From an uncultured Bacteroidia bacterium (GTDB lineage Bacteria; Bacteroidota; Bacteroidia; Bacteroidales; UBA932), in contig CADAOB010000022.1 of assembly GCA_902789445.1 (NCBI GenBank), forward strand, positions 26 through 64,025: 64,000 nucleotides of DNA. Reading direction: 5' to 3'. Of this stretch, positions 44,964 to 56,922 are shown piece after piece; positions within the stretch are counted from its first letter, which is position 1; every line of letters starts with the position of its first letter. The notes under the pieces are model-generated. The model was not told the DNA's origin, made no database searches, and saw only the letters and a program-made list of their open reading frames with translations. A program made the translations under genes and the position numbers.

Positions 44964-46460
44964 ATGATTTCTACAATCCATATACTGGGTGTGGTGCTTA
45001 CCGTAGGGCTACTGCTCGTGGTGAGCTGGTGGTCGGGCCGCCGGGTCAAGGATGCCGGCAGTTTCATCACCGGCGGGACCTCGGGAACCTGGCTGGTGGG
45101 CGGTGCGCTGCTGGGCACGATGGCCGGCGGCCAATCGACCATCGGCACGGCGCAGCTGGCCTTCTGCTACGGACTGTCCGCCTGGTGGTTCACCCTGGGC
45201 GCCGGAATCGGGTCGCTGCTGCTGGGCTATGTCTATGCCGGTCCGCTGCGGCGCAGCGGCTGCAGCACCCTGCTCGAAGTTGTCCGGCGGGAGTACGGGC
45301 GGAAAGCCGAGACGGTGGGCTCGCTCCTGTGCATGGTGGGCATCTTCATCAGCATCGTGTCGCAGGTCCTTTCGTCGGGCGCCATGATCAGCAGTCTCTT
45401 CAGCTTTCCGATGCTCTGGGCGTCGGTTGCCGGGGCGGTGCTCATCATGTTGTTCGTCCTGTTCGGCGGCATCCGCAGCGCCGGATTCAGCGGCATCGTC
45501 AAGCTGGTGCTGCTCTATTTCAGTTCCCTGGCTGCCGGCATCATCGTGTGGCATATCGCCGGCGGCTTTGCCGGATTGCGCGGGAGCGTGGCCGGCATCT
45601 ACCAGTCGTCCGTGCTGCGGGACTTCAACCAGCTGACGGATGTGGAGAGCATCCATCAGCGCTATGGCAGCCTGGTGGCCCGCGGGGTGATGAAGGACCT
45701 GGGCGGCTGCCTGTCGCTCATGCTGGGCGTCGTATCGACCCAGACCTATGCGCAGTGCATCTGGTCTGCATCCTCGACCACCCACGCCCGGCGCGGGGCG
45801 CTGATCTGCGCGATCTGCCTGCCCATCATCGGGGCCGCCTGCACGATGGTCGGCATTTATATGCGGGGGCATTATGTCACCGCTGACGAGTGGGCGGCGA
45901 TGCAGCAGGCCGGCGAAGTCTTGCCCGAGGGCGTCGGCATCATCGAGAGTGCGGCCCAGGCGTTTCCGGCCTTTATCCTGCGCCACCTGCCCGCCTGGCT
46001 GGGCGGCCTGATGCTCGGAACGCTGCTGATCAACATCCTGGGCTGCGGCAGCGGCCTGCTGCTGGGCGTCGCGACGATCCTGGTGCGGGATGTCTATGGC
46101 AATCTGCGCCGGAACGCGCCGCGTCTTTCGCAATTGGCGCAGATCCGCCTGTCCATTGCCGGGGTGCTGCTCGTGGCGGTCGTGGTGGCGCTGCTTTGCA
46201 ACAATACGTTTATCAACGACCTGGGATTCCTCTCCCTGGGCCTGCGGGCGGTATCGCTCCTGTTCCCGCTCTCTTTCGCCTTGTGGCTGCCGGGCCGATT
46301 CGCCCCGCGCCGCATCCTGCTGGCCATGCCGGTAGGCGTAGCCGCGATGCTGGCGGCCAAGTTCCTCGCGCTCCCCGGTGACGCCGTCTATTACGGGCTG
46401 GCCCTAGAATTGCTGGCAATATCTGCAGGGACGATATCAAGTTCGGCAAAAAATTACTAA
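44964..46460 (+). CDS. Sodium:solute symporter (SSS) family transporter
   Basis: A polytopic protein with SWWSGRRVKDAGSFITGG...GGQSTIGTAQLAF. The start is set at the first ATG, since the track start is TTG 44955. Confidence 0.85.
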   Translation: MISTIHILGVVLTVGLLLVVSWWSGRRVKDAGSFITGGTSGTWLVGGALLGTMAGGQSTIGTAQLAFCYGLSAWWFTLGAGIGSLLLGYVYAGPLRRSGCSTLLEVVRREYGRKAETVGSLLCMVGIFISIVSQVLSSGAMISSLFSFPMLWASVAGAVLIMLFVLFGGIRSAGFSGIVKLVLLYFSSLAAGIIVWHIAGGFAGLRGSVAGIYQSSVLRDFNQLTDVESIHQRYGSLVARGVMKDLGGCLSLMLGVVSTQTYAQCIWSASSTTHARRGALICAICLPIIGAACTMVGIYMRGHYVTADEWAAMQQAGEVLPEGVGIIESAAQAFPAFILRHLPAWLGGLMLGTLLINILGCGSGLLLGVATILVRDVYGNLRRNAPRLSQLAQIRLSIAGVLLVAVVVALLCNNTFINDLGFLSLGLRAVSLLFPLSFALWLPGRFAPRRILLAMPVGVAAMLAAKFLALPGDAVYYGLALELLAISAGTISSSAKNY

Positions 46461-46489
46461 CTTTAGGCTGTAAAAAAGCCTGACAACCT

Positions 46490-47143
46490 ATGAAGATCAT
46501 TCAGCTCGGAGAAACCGATTCCCTGCTGGGCCACTATCTCGCGCAGATCCGCGACCGGGAAGTCCAGAAGGACAGCCTGCGTTTCCGCAGGAACCTCGAA
46601 CGCATCGGGGAAATCTTCGCATACGAAATCAGCAAGACACTCCGTTACCAGAGCCTGGAGGTGGAGACGCCCCTGGGCATCGCCACGACCCGGGTGATTG
46701 CCGAGCCGCTGGTGCTGGCCACCATCCTGCGCGCCGGCCTGCCCGTCCACCAGGGCCTGCTCAACTGCTTCGATTTCGCGCAGAACGCCTTCGTAGCCGC
46801 CTACCGCAAGTACGGGAAAGGCAACGAATGTGACATGCAGATCGAATACCAGAGCTGCCCGCCGCTGGAAGGCAAGACACTGGTGATCGCCGACGCGATG
46901 CTGGCTTCCGGCGCCTCCATGCTGATGACCTACCAGAGCCTGGTCGCATGCGGGGAACCCCTGCACACGCACATCGTCTGCCCGGTGGCATCCCGCGACG
47001 GCGTGGAAAACCTCTCGAAGAACCTGCCGCACAAGCGCGTCACCTTCTGGGTGGGCGCCATCGACGAGGAACTCACCAACCACTCCTACATCGTCCCGGG
47101 ACTGGGCGATGCCGGAGACCTGGCTTTCGGAGCCAAAGACTAG
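46490..47143 (+). CDS. upp: Uracil phosphoribosyltransferase
   Basis: 217 aa with ILRAGLPVHQG and LVIADAMLASGASM. It ends in TAG. Confidence 0.92.
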   Translation: MKIIQLGETDSLLGHYLAQIRDREVQKDSLRFRRNLERIGEIFAYEISKTLRYQSLEVETPLGIATTRVIAEPLVLATILRAGLPVHQGLLNCFDFAQNAFVAAYRKYGKGNECDMQIEYQSCPPLEGKTLVIADAMLASGASMLMTYQSLVACGEPLHTHIVCPVASRDGVENLSKNLPHKRVTFWVGAIDEELTNHSYIVPGLGDAGDLAFGAKD

Positions 47144-48466
47144 CTAGGCAATCTTGCAGCGCAGCGTGGCGGAGGTGCAGGAAAGCACCTCCACGGTGAC
47201 GTATTCCCCGGCCTTATGGCCTTCTGCGGGGAAGACACAGGTTTTGTTCTGGGACGTCCGTCCCATCAACTCCGCGGCATCCCGCTTGGAAGGACCCTCG
47301 ATCAGGACTTCGTAGCGCCGGCCGACGCAACGCTGGTTGCTTTCGAGCGAAATCTCATTCTGCAGCGCGATGATCTCGTTGAGGCGCGCCGTCTTGACGG
47401 CGGCGGGCACATCGTCGGGGTAGTGGCGGGATGCCCGCGTACCCGGGCGCTCCGAATACTGGAACATGAATGCGCTGTCGTAACGGACTTCGCGGAAGAG
47501 GGACATCGTCAGGGCATGGTCCTCATCCGTTTCGCCGCTGAAACCGGCGATCACGTCGGTCGTGACGGCGCAGTCGGGCAGGATCTCGCGGATATGGGCG
47601 ATCCGCTCCAGGTAGTGGGCGCGGGTGTATTTGCGGTTCATCTTCTCCAGCATCGTGTCGCTGCCCGACTGGACGGGCAGGTGGATGTGCCGGCAGATGT
47701 TGGGGTAGCGTGCCATGACGTGCAGGACGCTGTCGCCCATGTCCTTGGGATGGGACGTGGCAAAGCGGATGCGGATCCCCGCATCGAGCCGGGCGACCTG
47801 TTCGAGCAGCGAAGCGAAATCCACGCAGCGGGCCGGATCCTCCGGATCGCGCCAGCGATACGAATCCACGTTCTGCCCCAGCAGATTGATCTCCTTGTAG
47901 CCTTCCGCGATGAGGGTCTGCGCCTCGCGGAGGATGCTCTGCGGATCGCGGCTGCGCTCGGCGCCCCGCACGAAAGGCACGATGCAGTAGGAGCACACGT
48001 TGTTGCAGCCGCGCATGATCGAAATGAAGGCCGTGACGCCTTCGCGGTCCATCCGGACCGGTGCGATGTCCGCGTAGGTCTCTTCGTGGGAGAGCAGCGT
48101 GTTGATCTGCTTTCCGTCCACGGCGACGGCGGCCGCCAGGCGCGGCAGGTCGCGGTAGGCGTCGGGGCCGGCGACAATATCGACGGCGGCGTTTTCCAGC
48201 AGTTTTTCCTTCAGGCGTTCGGCCATGCAGCCCAGGATGCCGACGATGACGCCTTTGCGGCGCTTCTTCTCCTGGCGGAAAACGTCGAGCCGGCCCAGGA
48301 CGCGCTGCTCTGCATTGTCGCGCACCGAGCAGGTGTTGATCAGGATCAGGTCGGCCTCTTCCATCCGCTGGCAGCGCGTATAGCCTGCCTGCTGGAGAAT
48401 GGATAGCACCACTTCGCTGTCGTTGACGTTCATCTGGCAGCCGTAGGTTTCGATATAAACTTTCAT
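47144..48466 (-). CDS. miaB: tRNA-i6A37 methylthiotransferase
   Basis: The protein has MKVYIETYGCQMNVNDSE, the radical SAM motif GCNNVCSYCIVP and a TRAM-like C-terminus. The start is set at ATG 48466. Confidence 0.92.
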   Translation of the reverse strand: MKVYIETYGCQMNVNDSEVVLSILQQAGYTRCQRMEEADLILINTCSVRDNAEQRVLGRLDVFRQEKKRRKGVIVGILGCMAERLKEKLLENAAVDIVAGPDAYRDLPRLAAAVAVDGKQINTLLSHEETYADIAPVRMDREGVTAFISIMRGCNNVCSYCIVPFVRGAERSRDPQSILREAQTLIAEGYKEINLLGQNVDSYRWRDPEDPARCVDFASLLEQVARLDAGIRIRFATSHPKDMGDSVLHVMARYPNICRHIHLPVQSGSDTMLEKMNRKYTRAHYLERIAHIREILPDCAVTTDVIAGFSGETDEDHALTMSLFREVRYDSAFMFQYSERPGTRASRHYPDDVPAAVKTARLNEIIALQNEISLESNQRCVGRRYEVLIEGPSKRDAAELMGRTSQNKTCVFPAEGHKAGEYVTVEVLSCTSATLRCKIA

Positions 48467-48500
48467 AGCGCTTGGATTTCGCTGCAAAGATAAGTTTTTA

Positions 48501-48508
48501 TATCTTTG
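48501..48508 (+). promoter_or_regulatory. -7 box TATCTTTG
   Basis: It matches TAnnTTTG. ATG 48510 is too close to it, which favours ATG 48531 as the real start. Confidence 0.5.
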
Positions 48509-48530
48509 TATGATGAATCGGATTTTGAAA

Positions 48531-49025
48531 ATGAAGCGCATCCTTATCCTCCTTGCGTCCGTCCTGGTGCTGGCCTCCTGCAGTCCCTCGGCTACGCCTG
48601 TCATCAAGTCCTACCGGCTCAACCAGGTCGGCGGCCTGTCTTTCGGCGCGGACGGCGTGACGGCCGAACTGACGCTGGATGTGGACGTTGCCAATCCTTC
48701 CGGGTCCCGCTACACGCTGGAGTCGCTGGAAGCGGTCCTGTATCAGGGCGTTGAGGTCAATCCCTTCGCTTACCTGACAATGCGGGAAAGCGTCAGCGTC
48801 GAACCCCGGAGCGAAGCGACCGTCTCCCTTCCGCTGGACGCACGCTTCACCCGCCCGCTCGCCCTGCTGGGCGGCGGTTTCAGCACCGACCTGGCCGATT
48901 ACACGGCCGACATCGACCTGACCCTCCGTCGCGGGTCCCTTAAAAAACGGATTACCAAGGAACGGATTCCCCTGGCGGAACTCGGGAACCTGCTTGGACA
49001 GAACGACAAAAAAGAAAAAGAATGA
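48531..49025 (+). CDS. LEA_2 (NDR1/HIN1-like) family lipoprotein
   Basis: The signal is MKRILILLASVLVLASC. The beta-sandwich-like pattern TAELTLDVDVANPSGSRYTLESLEAVLY is present. Confidence 0.7.
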   Translation: MKRILILLASVLVLASCSPSATPVIKSYRLNQVGGLSFGADGVTAELTLDVDVANPSGSRYTLESLEAVLYQGVEVNPFAYLTMRESVSVEPRSEATVSLPLDARFTRPLALLGGGFSTDLADYTADIDLTLRRGSLKKRITKERIPLAELGNLLGQNDKKEKE

Positions 49026-49489
49026 AAAAGAATATCCTTGCCCTCCTGGCGGGCCTCCTGCTTATCCAGGGCGCGGCTTTTGCCCAATCGGCCGTGGACA
49101 GCACCATCCTGGGCGCCGACATCTTCTCGCTCATCGGCCAGAAGGGGAGCGGCAGCGCTACGGTCAACCAGTCCCAGGAACTTCGCAACGCACTTTCGCG
49201 CCATATCGTCTCCAACAGCAATACCAAGATGCAGGGCTACCGCGTCCGCATCTTCTTTGACAGCGACCGCACGGCCCGGGCCAAATCGGAAGCCATCGCC
49301 GCCGGTTTCATGGAACGCTATCCCGGCATCCGGGCCTACCGCAGCCACGTGAGTCCCTACTTCAAGGTGACGGTTGGCGATTTCCGGACGCGGGCCGACG
49401 CCCAGCGCTTCGCCAGCCGCCTGACCAGCAGCGGCGCCTACCCTTACGTCTTCGTCGTCAAGGAGCAAATCAACTACCCGAATTTCTGA
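49022..49489 (+). CDS. SPOR domain protein
   Basis: A signal peptide is followed by GYRVRIFFDSDRTARAKSEAIAAGF...FKVTVGDFRTRADAQRFASRL. Confidence 0.8.
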   Translation: MKKNILALLAGLLLIQGAAFAQSAVDSTILGADIFSLIGQKGSGSATVNQSQELRNALSRHIVSNSNTKMQGYRVRIFFDSDRTARAKSEAIAAGFMERYPGIRAYRSHVSPYFKVTVGDFRTRADAQRFASRLTSSGAYPYVFVVKEQINYPNF

Positions 49490-49490
49490 G

Positions 49491-50897
<1,407 letters not shown>

Positions 50898-50911
50898 AGA
50901 CTTTTACCACC

Positions 50912-51319
50912 ATGACCAAAATGAAAACCACCTACCTGGGCGGTCTCCGCTGCGAAGCCGAGCACCTCGACTCAGGTGCCAGGATCCAGACCGTCGCACC
51001 CAAGGACAACAACGGCGACGGCTCCTGCTTCTCCCCGACGGATCTCTTTGCCACCTCGCTGGGCTGCTGCATGCTTACGATCATCGGCATGACGGCCCGC
51101 ACCTACGGTTTCTCGATCGACGGAACCACCATCACGACGGAAAAAGTGATGGCGGCCAATCCGCGCCGCGTGGCGGAACTCCATCTGGAAATCAAGCTGC
51201 CGGAGGGCAGCAGCTATTCCGACAAGGAGAAAAAGCTGATCGAGAACGCAGCCAAGACCTGTCCGGTGGCAAACAGCCTGCATCCGGACATCAAGAAAGT
51301 CATCGAATTCGTCTGGTAA
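50912..51319 (+). CDS. OsmC family peroxiredoxin-like protein
   Basis: 135 aa with FSPTDLFATSLGCCM and AAKTCPVANSL, giving the two conserved Cys. Confidence 0.85.
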   Translation: MTKMKTTYLGGLRCEAEHLDSGARIQTVAPKDNNGDGSCFSPTDLFATSLGCCMLTIIGMTARTYGFSIDGTTITTEKVMAANPRRVAELHLEIKLPEGSSYSDKEKKLIENAAKTCPVANSLHPDIKKVIEFVW

Positions 51320-51328
51320 GCGCGCCGC

Positions 51329-52804
51329 TTACTCGATCGTCCACTCGCAACCGTCCTTGGTATCCTTGATCTGGACACCGAGGGCCTTGAGTTCATCCCG
51401 GATCCGGTCGCTGGTCGCCCAGTCTTTGGCGGCCTTGGCCTGGCGCCGCTGCTCGACAATCATGCCGATGAGACCATCGACCAGCTTCCCGGAAGCTGCG
51501 TCGGTGGTCTCGTCCTGCAGGCCGAGGACGTCCTGCAGAACCTCGGTGAAGAGGCTTTCGAGCGTCTGTTTGTCGGCCGCATCGATTTTCAGCGACGTGT
51601 CCTTGACGCTGTTGACCAGGCGGACGGCATCGAAGAGTACGGACAGGGCGATCGGCGTGTTCAGGTCGTCGCAGAGGGCTTCATAGACACGCTCCGTCAG
51701 GCCGCCGATTTCGGCGTTGGCGGGGGCACCGGCCGTTACGGGCAGGTTTTTGACATCCTTGGCCGCCTGCATCATCCGTTTGTACCCCTTCTCGGCGGCC
51801 TGCAGGGCTTCGTTGCTGAAGTCGAGCGGACTGCGGTAGTGGGCCTGGAGGATGAAGAAACGGACGGTCATCGGGCTGTAGGCCTGGTCGAGAACCTGGT
51901 TGTTGCCGGTGAACAGTTCGTCCAGCGTGATGAAATTGCCCAGCGACTTGCCCATTTTCTGCCCCTTGATGGTGATCATGTTGTTGTGCATCCAGTAATG
52001 GACGCCGCCCTGGCCGCGGGAAGCGGTGTTCTGCGCCAGTTCGCATTCGTGGTGCGGGAACATCAGGTCCATGCCGCCGCCGTGGATGTCGAACACCTCG
52101 CCCAGGTATTTCTCGCTCATGGCCGAGCATTCCAGATGCCAGCCCGGGAAGCCTTCGCTCCAGGGTGAGGGCCAGTGCATGATATGCTCGGGGGACGCCT
52201 TTTTCCAAAGGGCGAAGTCGAGCGGGGAGTGCTTGTCGTCCTGGCCGTCGAGGTTGCGGGTGCCTTCGCGGGTATCTTCCAGGTTGCGGCCGGAGAGGAT
52301 CCCGTAGTGGTGCTGCTGGTCGTACTTGGCCACGTCGAAATAGATGGAGCCGTTGCTCTCGTAGGCGTAGCCGGCCTCGAGGATCTTCTTCACCAGGGCG
52401 ATCTGCTCGATGATGTGGCCGGAAGCGCGGGGCTCGATCGACGGCGGGAGCACGTTCAGGCGGCGCATCGCATCGTGGTAGCGGAGGGTGTAGGTCTGTA
52501 CGACCTCCATGGGCTCCAGCTGCTCCAGCCGGGCTTTCTTGGCTATCTTGTCCTCGCCGGTGTCGGCATCGTTTTCCAGGTGCCCGACGTCGGTGATGTT
52601 GCGCACGTAGCGGACTTTGTAGCCCAGTTTCCGGAAGAGGCGGAAAAGCACGTCGTAGGTGATGCCCGGCCGGGCGTGTCCCAGATGGGCGTCGCCATAG
52701 ACCGTGGGTCCGCAGACATACATGCCCACCATGCCCGGGTGGACCGGCTTGAAAAGTTCCTTCTGATGCGAAAGGGTATTGTAAAGATAGAATGCTCGAG
52801 CCAT
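51329..52804 (-). CDS. cysS: Cysteine--tRNA ligase
   Basis: [17 protein letters not shown] is the HIGH region and KMGKSLGN the KMSKS motif. Confidence 0.95.
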   Translation of the reverse strand: MARAFYLYNTLSHQKELFKPVHPGMVGMYVCGPTVYGDAHLGHARPGITYDVLFRLFRKLGYKVRYVRNITDVGHLENDADTGEDKIAKKARLEQLEPMEVVQTYTLRYHDAMRRLNVLPPSIEPRASGHIIEQIALVKKILEAGYAYESNGSIYFDVAKYDQQHHYGILSGRNLEDTREGTRNLDGQDDKHSPLDFALWKKASPEHIMHWPSPWSEGFPGWHLECSAMSEKYLGEVFDIHGGGMDLMFPHHECELAQNTASRGQGGVHYWMHNNMITIKGQKMGKSLGNFITLDELFTGNNQVLDQAYSPMTVRFFILQAHYRSPLDFSNEALQAAEKGYKRMMQAAKDVKNLPVTAGAPANAEIGGLTERVYEALCDDLNTPIALSVLFDAVRLVNSVKDTSLKIDAADKQTLESLFTEVLQDVLGLQDETTDAASGKLVDGLIGMIVEQRRQAKAAKDWATSDRIRDELKALGVQIKDTKDGCEWTIE

Positions 52805-52912
52805 CGTCTTTCAGTCTTGTTTCATTACAAAGGCAAAAATACGTATTTTTTGGCAGACTGCGACAGATGGCCCGGGCTTCTTTCTCCTGCCGGGTCGTCC
52901 GGCACATCCGCA

Positions 52913-53260
52913 TCAGTCGCGTGCCGCGGTGGCAAAAGGCTCCAGTTTGCCGGCGACGATCTCTACGATATAGCGTTCGTTGCCGTCGTTCCCCGTGAAG
53001 CGGGTGTTGCGCAGGCGACCGGTCAGCGCTACGAACAACCCTTTCCGGATGTCTTTGAAATCCATGATGTTCCGGCCGGCCCAGGCGGTGATGTTATGCC
53101 AGGTGACCTCCTCGCGCAGTTCGCCGTTTTTGCCCCGGAAGGCTTCGTTCGTCGCCAGCGAGAAACGGGCGACCTGGGATTCTCCCACATTGGTGATGCG
53201 CGGATCGTGACCCACACGTCCCCGCAATTCCACTCTGTTCAGAAATTCAGTCTCGATCAT
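52913..53260 (-). CDS. ssb: Short single-stranded DNA-binding (OB-fold) protein without an acidic C-terminal tail
   Basis: NRVELRGRVGHDPRI...ARFSLATNE...TWHNITAWAGR is an SSB OB-fold pattern. The 115-aa protein ends ...EPFATAARD. Confidence 0.75.
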   Translation of the reverse strand: MIETEFLNRVELRGRVGHDPRITNVGESQVARFSLATNEAFRGKNGELREEVTWHNITAWAGRNIMDFKDIRKGLFVALTGRLRNTRFTGNDGNERYIVEIVAGKLEPFATAARD

Positions 53261-53456
53261 AATGCTTTTGTGTTGTTTGGTTCTGCCCGCAAAGTAAATA
53301 CATGAAAAAGGCCGTATCCAGCCGCTAAACGATTATAAACGTTTATATCCGTTTCACACACGCCTGGCCAGACCTGCCGAAAAAACCGATTTCCCCGCAT
53401 TTTGTCGAAAAATCGTAAATCGCTCTTCCGAGTTTTTTTTCGAGGCCCCCGCCGCT

Positions 53457-53464
53457 TATCTTTG
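53457..53464 (+). promoter_or_regulatory. -7 box TATCTTTG
   Basis: It matches TAnnTTTG and lies 17 nt upstream of ATG 53481. Confidence 0.5.
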
Positions 53465-53480
53465 TCCTAAAAAAGACACG

Positions 53481-53843
53481 ATGGCACGACTCTGCCCCCA
53501 GTGCGGCGCATCCTTCCAGGGGCGCAGCGACAAACGCTTCTGCAGCGACAGCTGCCGCTGCGATTTCCACAACCAGCAGCGGCGGGCGCAGGAAAAGGAA
53601 CTGCGTACGGTCAACCGTATCCTGGCGGCCAACTGGCGCTTGCTGTTGCAGCAGCTGCGCCTCGGCCGTCCGGACATTCCCGCCGCGGAACTGGCCGCGC
53701 AGGATTTCAACTTCGCCGTCTATACGGCCTCGCGCCGCCGTTTCCCCGGCCCCCGTACCTATTGGTGCTACGACTGCGCCTATACGGTGGACCGGGCCGG
53801 AATTGTCCACATCAGCTGCAGCGGATACCGGAATAATGTGTAA
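53481..53843 (+). CDS. Hypothetical zinc-ribbon protein
   Basis: MARLCPQCGASFQGRSDKRFCSDSCRCDFHN has a CxxC...CxxxC pattern. A promoter box lies upstream. Confidence 0.65.
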   Translation: MARLCPQCGASFQGRSDKRFCSDSCRCDFHNQQRRAQEKELRTVNRILAANWRLLLQQLRLGRPDIPAAELAAQDFNFAVYTASRRRFPGPRTYWCYDCAYTVDRAGIVHISCSGYRNNV

Positions 53844-53852
53844 TTTTGGGCT

Positions 53853-55898
53853 ATGAAAGAGAATCGAGCCAATCCGCTGCTGGCCGCATCGCCGCTTCCG
53901 TTCGGCGCCCCGGCCTTCGACCAGATACAGAAATCCGACTACCTGCCCGCTTTCCGCCAGGCCATCGACCGGGCCCGTGCGCAGATCCGGGCCATTACCG
54001 ACAATCCCGAAGCACCCTCCTTCGCCAATACGATCGAGGCACTGGAGCGCAGCGGCGAAGACCTCGACCGCATTGCGGGCATTTTCTTCAACCTGACGGA
54101 AGCCTGCACCGACGATGAGATGGACGGCATCGCCGAAGAAGTCTCTCCGCTGCTGACCCAGCACAACATGTCGGTCCTGCTCGACGAGAAACTGTTCGCC
54201 CGCGTCAAGGCCGTCTGGCAGCAGCGCGACGACCTGCAGCTCGACACCGAGGCTGCCAAACTACTGGAGGACACCTGGAAATCGTTCGCCCGGCACGGCG
54301 CAAATCTTCCGGCCGACAAGAAAGAACGCTTCGCGAAGCTGTCGGAAGAGCTGTCCCTCGCTACGCTCAAATTCGGCCAGAATGTCCTGGCTGCCACCAA
54401 TGCTTTCACGCTGCACCTGACCGAAGAGGCGGACCTGGCCGGTCTGCCCGGCTTCGTCCGGGAGATGGCGGCGGCCGAGGCCGCCGGGCGCGGCGAGACG
54501 GGCTGGACCTTCACCCTCAATCAGCCCAGCTACGGCCCGTTCCTGAAATTCAGCGAACGGGGCGACCTGCGCGAGCGCATCTGGCGCGCCTACAACAGCA
54601 AGTGCATCGGCGGGGAGAATGACAATACGGAAAATATCCGCCGGATTGTCGCGCTCCGGACCGAGAAGGCACAGCTGCTGGGTTATCCGACCTATGCCGA
54701 TTATGCGCTCGAAGAGCGGATGGCCAAGTCTCCCGGCAAGGTGAACGCATTTATCGACGAGCTGCTGGCGCCTTCCCTGCCGGCGGCCCGCCGGGAGGTC
54801 GCCCAGGTGACGGAATATGCGCACGCCCACGGCTTCGAGGGCGCCCTGATGCCCTGGGATTTCAGTTTCTGGTCTGAAAAGTTGCAGAAAGAGCGCTACA
54901 GCCTTGACGACGAACTGCTCAAACCTTACTTCCGGCTCGATGCCGTGCAGGCGGCGGTCTTCGACCTGGCGGGGCGGCTCTACGGGCTGGGCTTCACGGA
55001 ACGCAAAGACCTGCCGGTCTATCATCCCGACGTGCGGGTTTTCGAGGTCCGCAGCGAGGCGGGGCGCTTCATGGCCTTGCTCTACCTCGACTATTTTCCG
55101 CGCAGCAGCAAGCGCGGCGGCGCGTGGATGACCTCTTTCCGTGAGCTTTCCTGCCGCGACGGCGTGGAGCAGCGGCCGCTGGTTTCCATCGTGACCAATT
55201 TCACCAAACCCACGGCCGATACGCCCTCACTGCTCACATTCAACGAAGTGACGACCCTGCTCCACGAATTCGGCCACGGCCTTCACGGGATGCTGGCGGA
55301 AGGCCGCTACCAGTCCCTGACGGGAACCAATGTGGTGCGGGATTTCGTGGAACTGCCTTCCCAGCTGATGGAAAACTGGGCCTATGAACCCGAATTCCTC
55401 CGGACCTTCGCGCGCCACTGGCAGTCCGGTGAGGTCATTCCGCAGGAATACATCGACCGGATCGTCGCCGCCCGCAATTTCCTGGCGGGTTACGCCCAGG
55501 TCCGGCAGCTCCAGTTCGGCATCACCGATATGGCCTGGCACACCCTTTCGGCCGCGCCGGAGGGCGATATCGTGGCGTTCGAACAGGAGCGCCTGCGCCC
55601 GTCGGCCGTCCTGCCGCAGGTACCCGGCATCGTATTCTCTCCCTCGTTCAACCACATCTTCTCGGGTGGTTATGCGGCCGGATACTATTCTTACAAATGG
55701 GCGGAAGTGCTGGAAGCCGACGCCTTCGCCTATTTCAAGGAGCGGGGCATCTTCAGCCGCGAGGCGGCGGAGCATTTCCGCAAAACCCTGCTCTCGCGCG
55801 GCGGCAGCGTGGATGCCGATGTGCTGTACCGGGATTTCCGCGGCCGCGATCCGCAGCCGGAGGCCCTGCTCGAAAAACTCGGGCTCAGTAGCAGCTAG
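53853..55898 (+). CDS. Cytoplasmic M3 family metallopeptidase (Dcp/oligopeptidase A-like), paralog of 30090..32186
   Basis: The zinc motif is HEFGHGLH. The 681-aa protein has no signal peptide and ends in TAG. Confidence 0.9.
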   Translation: MKENRANPLLAASPLPFGAPAFDQIQKSDYLPAFRQAIDRARAQIRAITDNPEAPSFANTIEALERSGEDLDRIAGIFFNLTEACTDDEMDGIAEEVSPLLTQHNMSVLLDEKLFARVKAVWQQRDDLQLDTEAAKLLEDTWKSFARHGANLPADKKERFAKLSEELSLATLKFGQNVLAATNAFTLHLTEEADLAGLPGFVREMAAAEAAGRGETGWTFTLNQPSYGPFLKFSERGDLRERIWRAYNSKCIGGENDNTENIRRIVALRTEKAQLLGYPTYADYALEERMAKSPGKVNAFIDELLAPSLPAARREVAQVTEYAHAHGFEGALMPWDFSFWSEKLQKERYSLDDELLKPYFRLDAVQAAVFDLAGRLYGLGFTERKDLPVYHPDVRVFEVRSEAGRFMALLYLDYFPRSSKRGGAWMTSFRELSCRDGVEQRPLVSIVTNFTKPTADTPSLLTFNEVTTLLHEFGHGLHGMLAEGRYQSLTGTNVVRDFVELPSQLMENWAYEPEFLRTFARHWQSGEVIPQEYIDRIVAARNFLAGYAQVRQLQFGITDMAWHTLSAAPEGDIVAFEQERLRPSAVLPQVPGIVFSPSFNHIFSGGYAAGYYSYKWAEVLEADAFAYFKERGIFSREAAEHFRKTLLSRGGSVDADVLYRDFRGRDPQPEALLEKLGLSSS

Positions 55899-56574
55899 CC
55901 ACCTCGTCGGAAAAGCTGAAATACTTCCGCCGGCCGATGATCACGTGGTCGAGCAGCGTGATGTCGAAGACGGCGGCGGCTTTCCTGAGGGCTTCGGTCT
56001 GGCGCCGGTCCTGCTCGCCGGGCTGCGGATTTCCTGAAGGATGGTTGTGGATCAGGATCAGGCCGCTGGCGAGCCGTTCGACCGCTTTTTTGACGATGAT
56101 TTTGATGTCCATGATGGTGGACCCCGTGCCGCCCACGCTGATCCGTTCCTTTCCGATGAGTTTGCCGCCCCGGTTGAGGTAGAGTACCCAGCATTCCTCG
56201 TGCGTCAGGTCGCTCAGGAAAGGCCTCATCATCCGGGCTACGGTTGCGGCGTTGCGGATCGTGCACATTTCTTCCGGGATCTCAGCGGCGAGCCGGCGCG
56301 CGAGTTCGAAACAGGCCAGGATGGTCGTGGCCTTGGCGGGGCCGATCCCATCCAGGGCCATCATTTCGCCGGCGCCGTGCCGGGCGAGCGCATCCAGCCG
56401 TCCGTTGCAGTGCGTTGTCAGTTCGCGGGCCAGATCCACTGCGCTTTTCCGGCGGGTGCCGGAGCCCAGCAGGATGGCCAACAGTTCCGTGTTCGTCAGG
56501 GCGGCGGCGCCATGCAGCATCAGCTTCTCCCGCGGCCGCTCCTCCTCATTCCAAGTTTTGATGCTTTTGTCCAT
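55885..56574 (-). CDS. radC: RadC-family JAB-domain protein
   Basis: ERPREKLMLHGAAALTNTELLAILLGSG and LIHNHPSGNPQPGEQD (JAMM motif) are present. Its 3' end overlaps the convergent M3 gene by 14 nt. Confidence 0.9.
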   Translation of the reverse strand: MDKSIKTWNEEERPREKLMLHGAAALTNTELLAILLGSGTRRKSAVDLARELTTHCNGRLDALARHGAGEMMALDGIGPAKATTILACFELARRLAAEIPEEMCTIRNAATVARMMRPFLSDLTHEECWVLYLNRGGKLIGKERISVGGTGSTIMDIKIIVKKAVERLASGLILIHNHPSGNPQPGEQDRRQTEALRKAAAVFDITLLDHVIIGRRKYFSFSDEVASCY

Positions 56575-56588
56575 GATTGTCGGGAAAT

Positions 56589-56624
56589 AAAAAAACTTTC
56601 CAACAAAGGTTGGAAAGTTTTTTC
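56589..56624. terminator. Bidirectional rho-independent terminator downstream of rpsT
   Basis: An A7 run is followed by ACTTTCCAAC-aaag-GTTGGAAAGT and a T6 run. Confidence 0.8.
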
Positions 56625-56648
56625 AGATTCTCTCGACAAAAAAGCAAT

Positions 56649-56903
56649 TTATGCGAGCTTGTTCACGTAAACTGCGATTCCGCTCTTCAGGTTGGCCGCT
56701 TTGTTCTTGTGGATAACGTTGATTTTGGCCAGTTTGTCGATCATGGCGAACACTTTCGGCATCGAAGCCTCGGCGGCTGCCTTGTCGGTGGTGTTGCGGA
56801 TCGCCTTGATGGCGTTTCTTGTCGTACGTGCATAATACTTGTTATGCACTCTGCGTTTCTCGCTTTGGCGGAAACGCTTGTCTGCTGATGCGTGATTTGC
56901 CAT
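56649..56903 (-). CDS. rpsT: 30S ribosomal protein S20
   Basis: [33 protein letters not shown] is the S20 pattern. Confidence 0.93.
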   Translation of the reverse strand: MANHASADKRFRQSEKRRVHNKYYARTTRNAIKAIRNTTDKAAAEASMPKVFAMIDKLAKINVIHKNKAANLKSGIAVYVNKLA

Positions 56904-56922
56904 TACTTACATTTTTATATTT

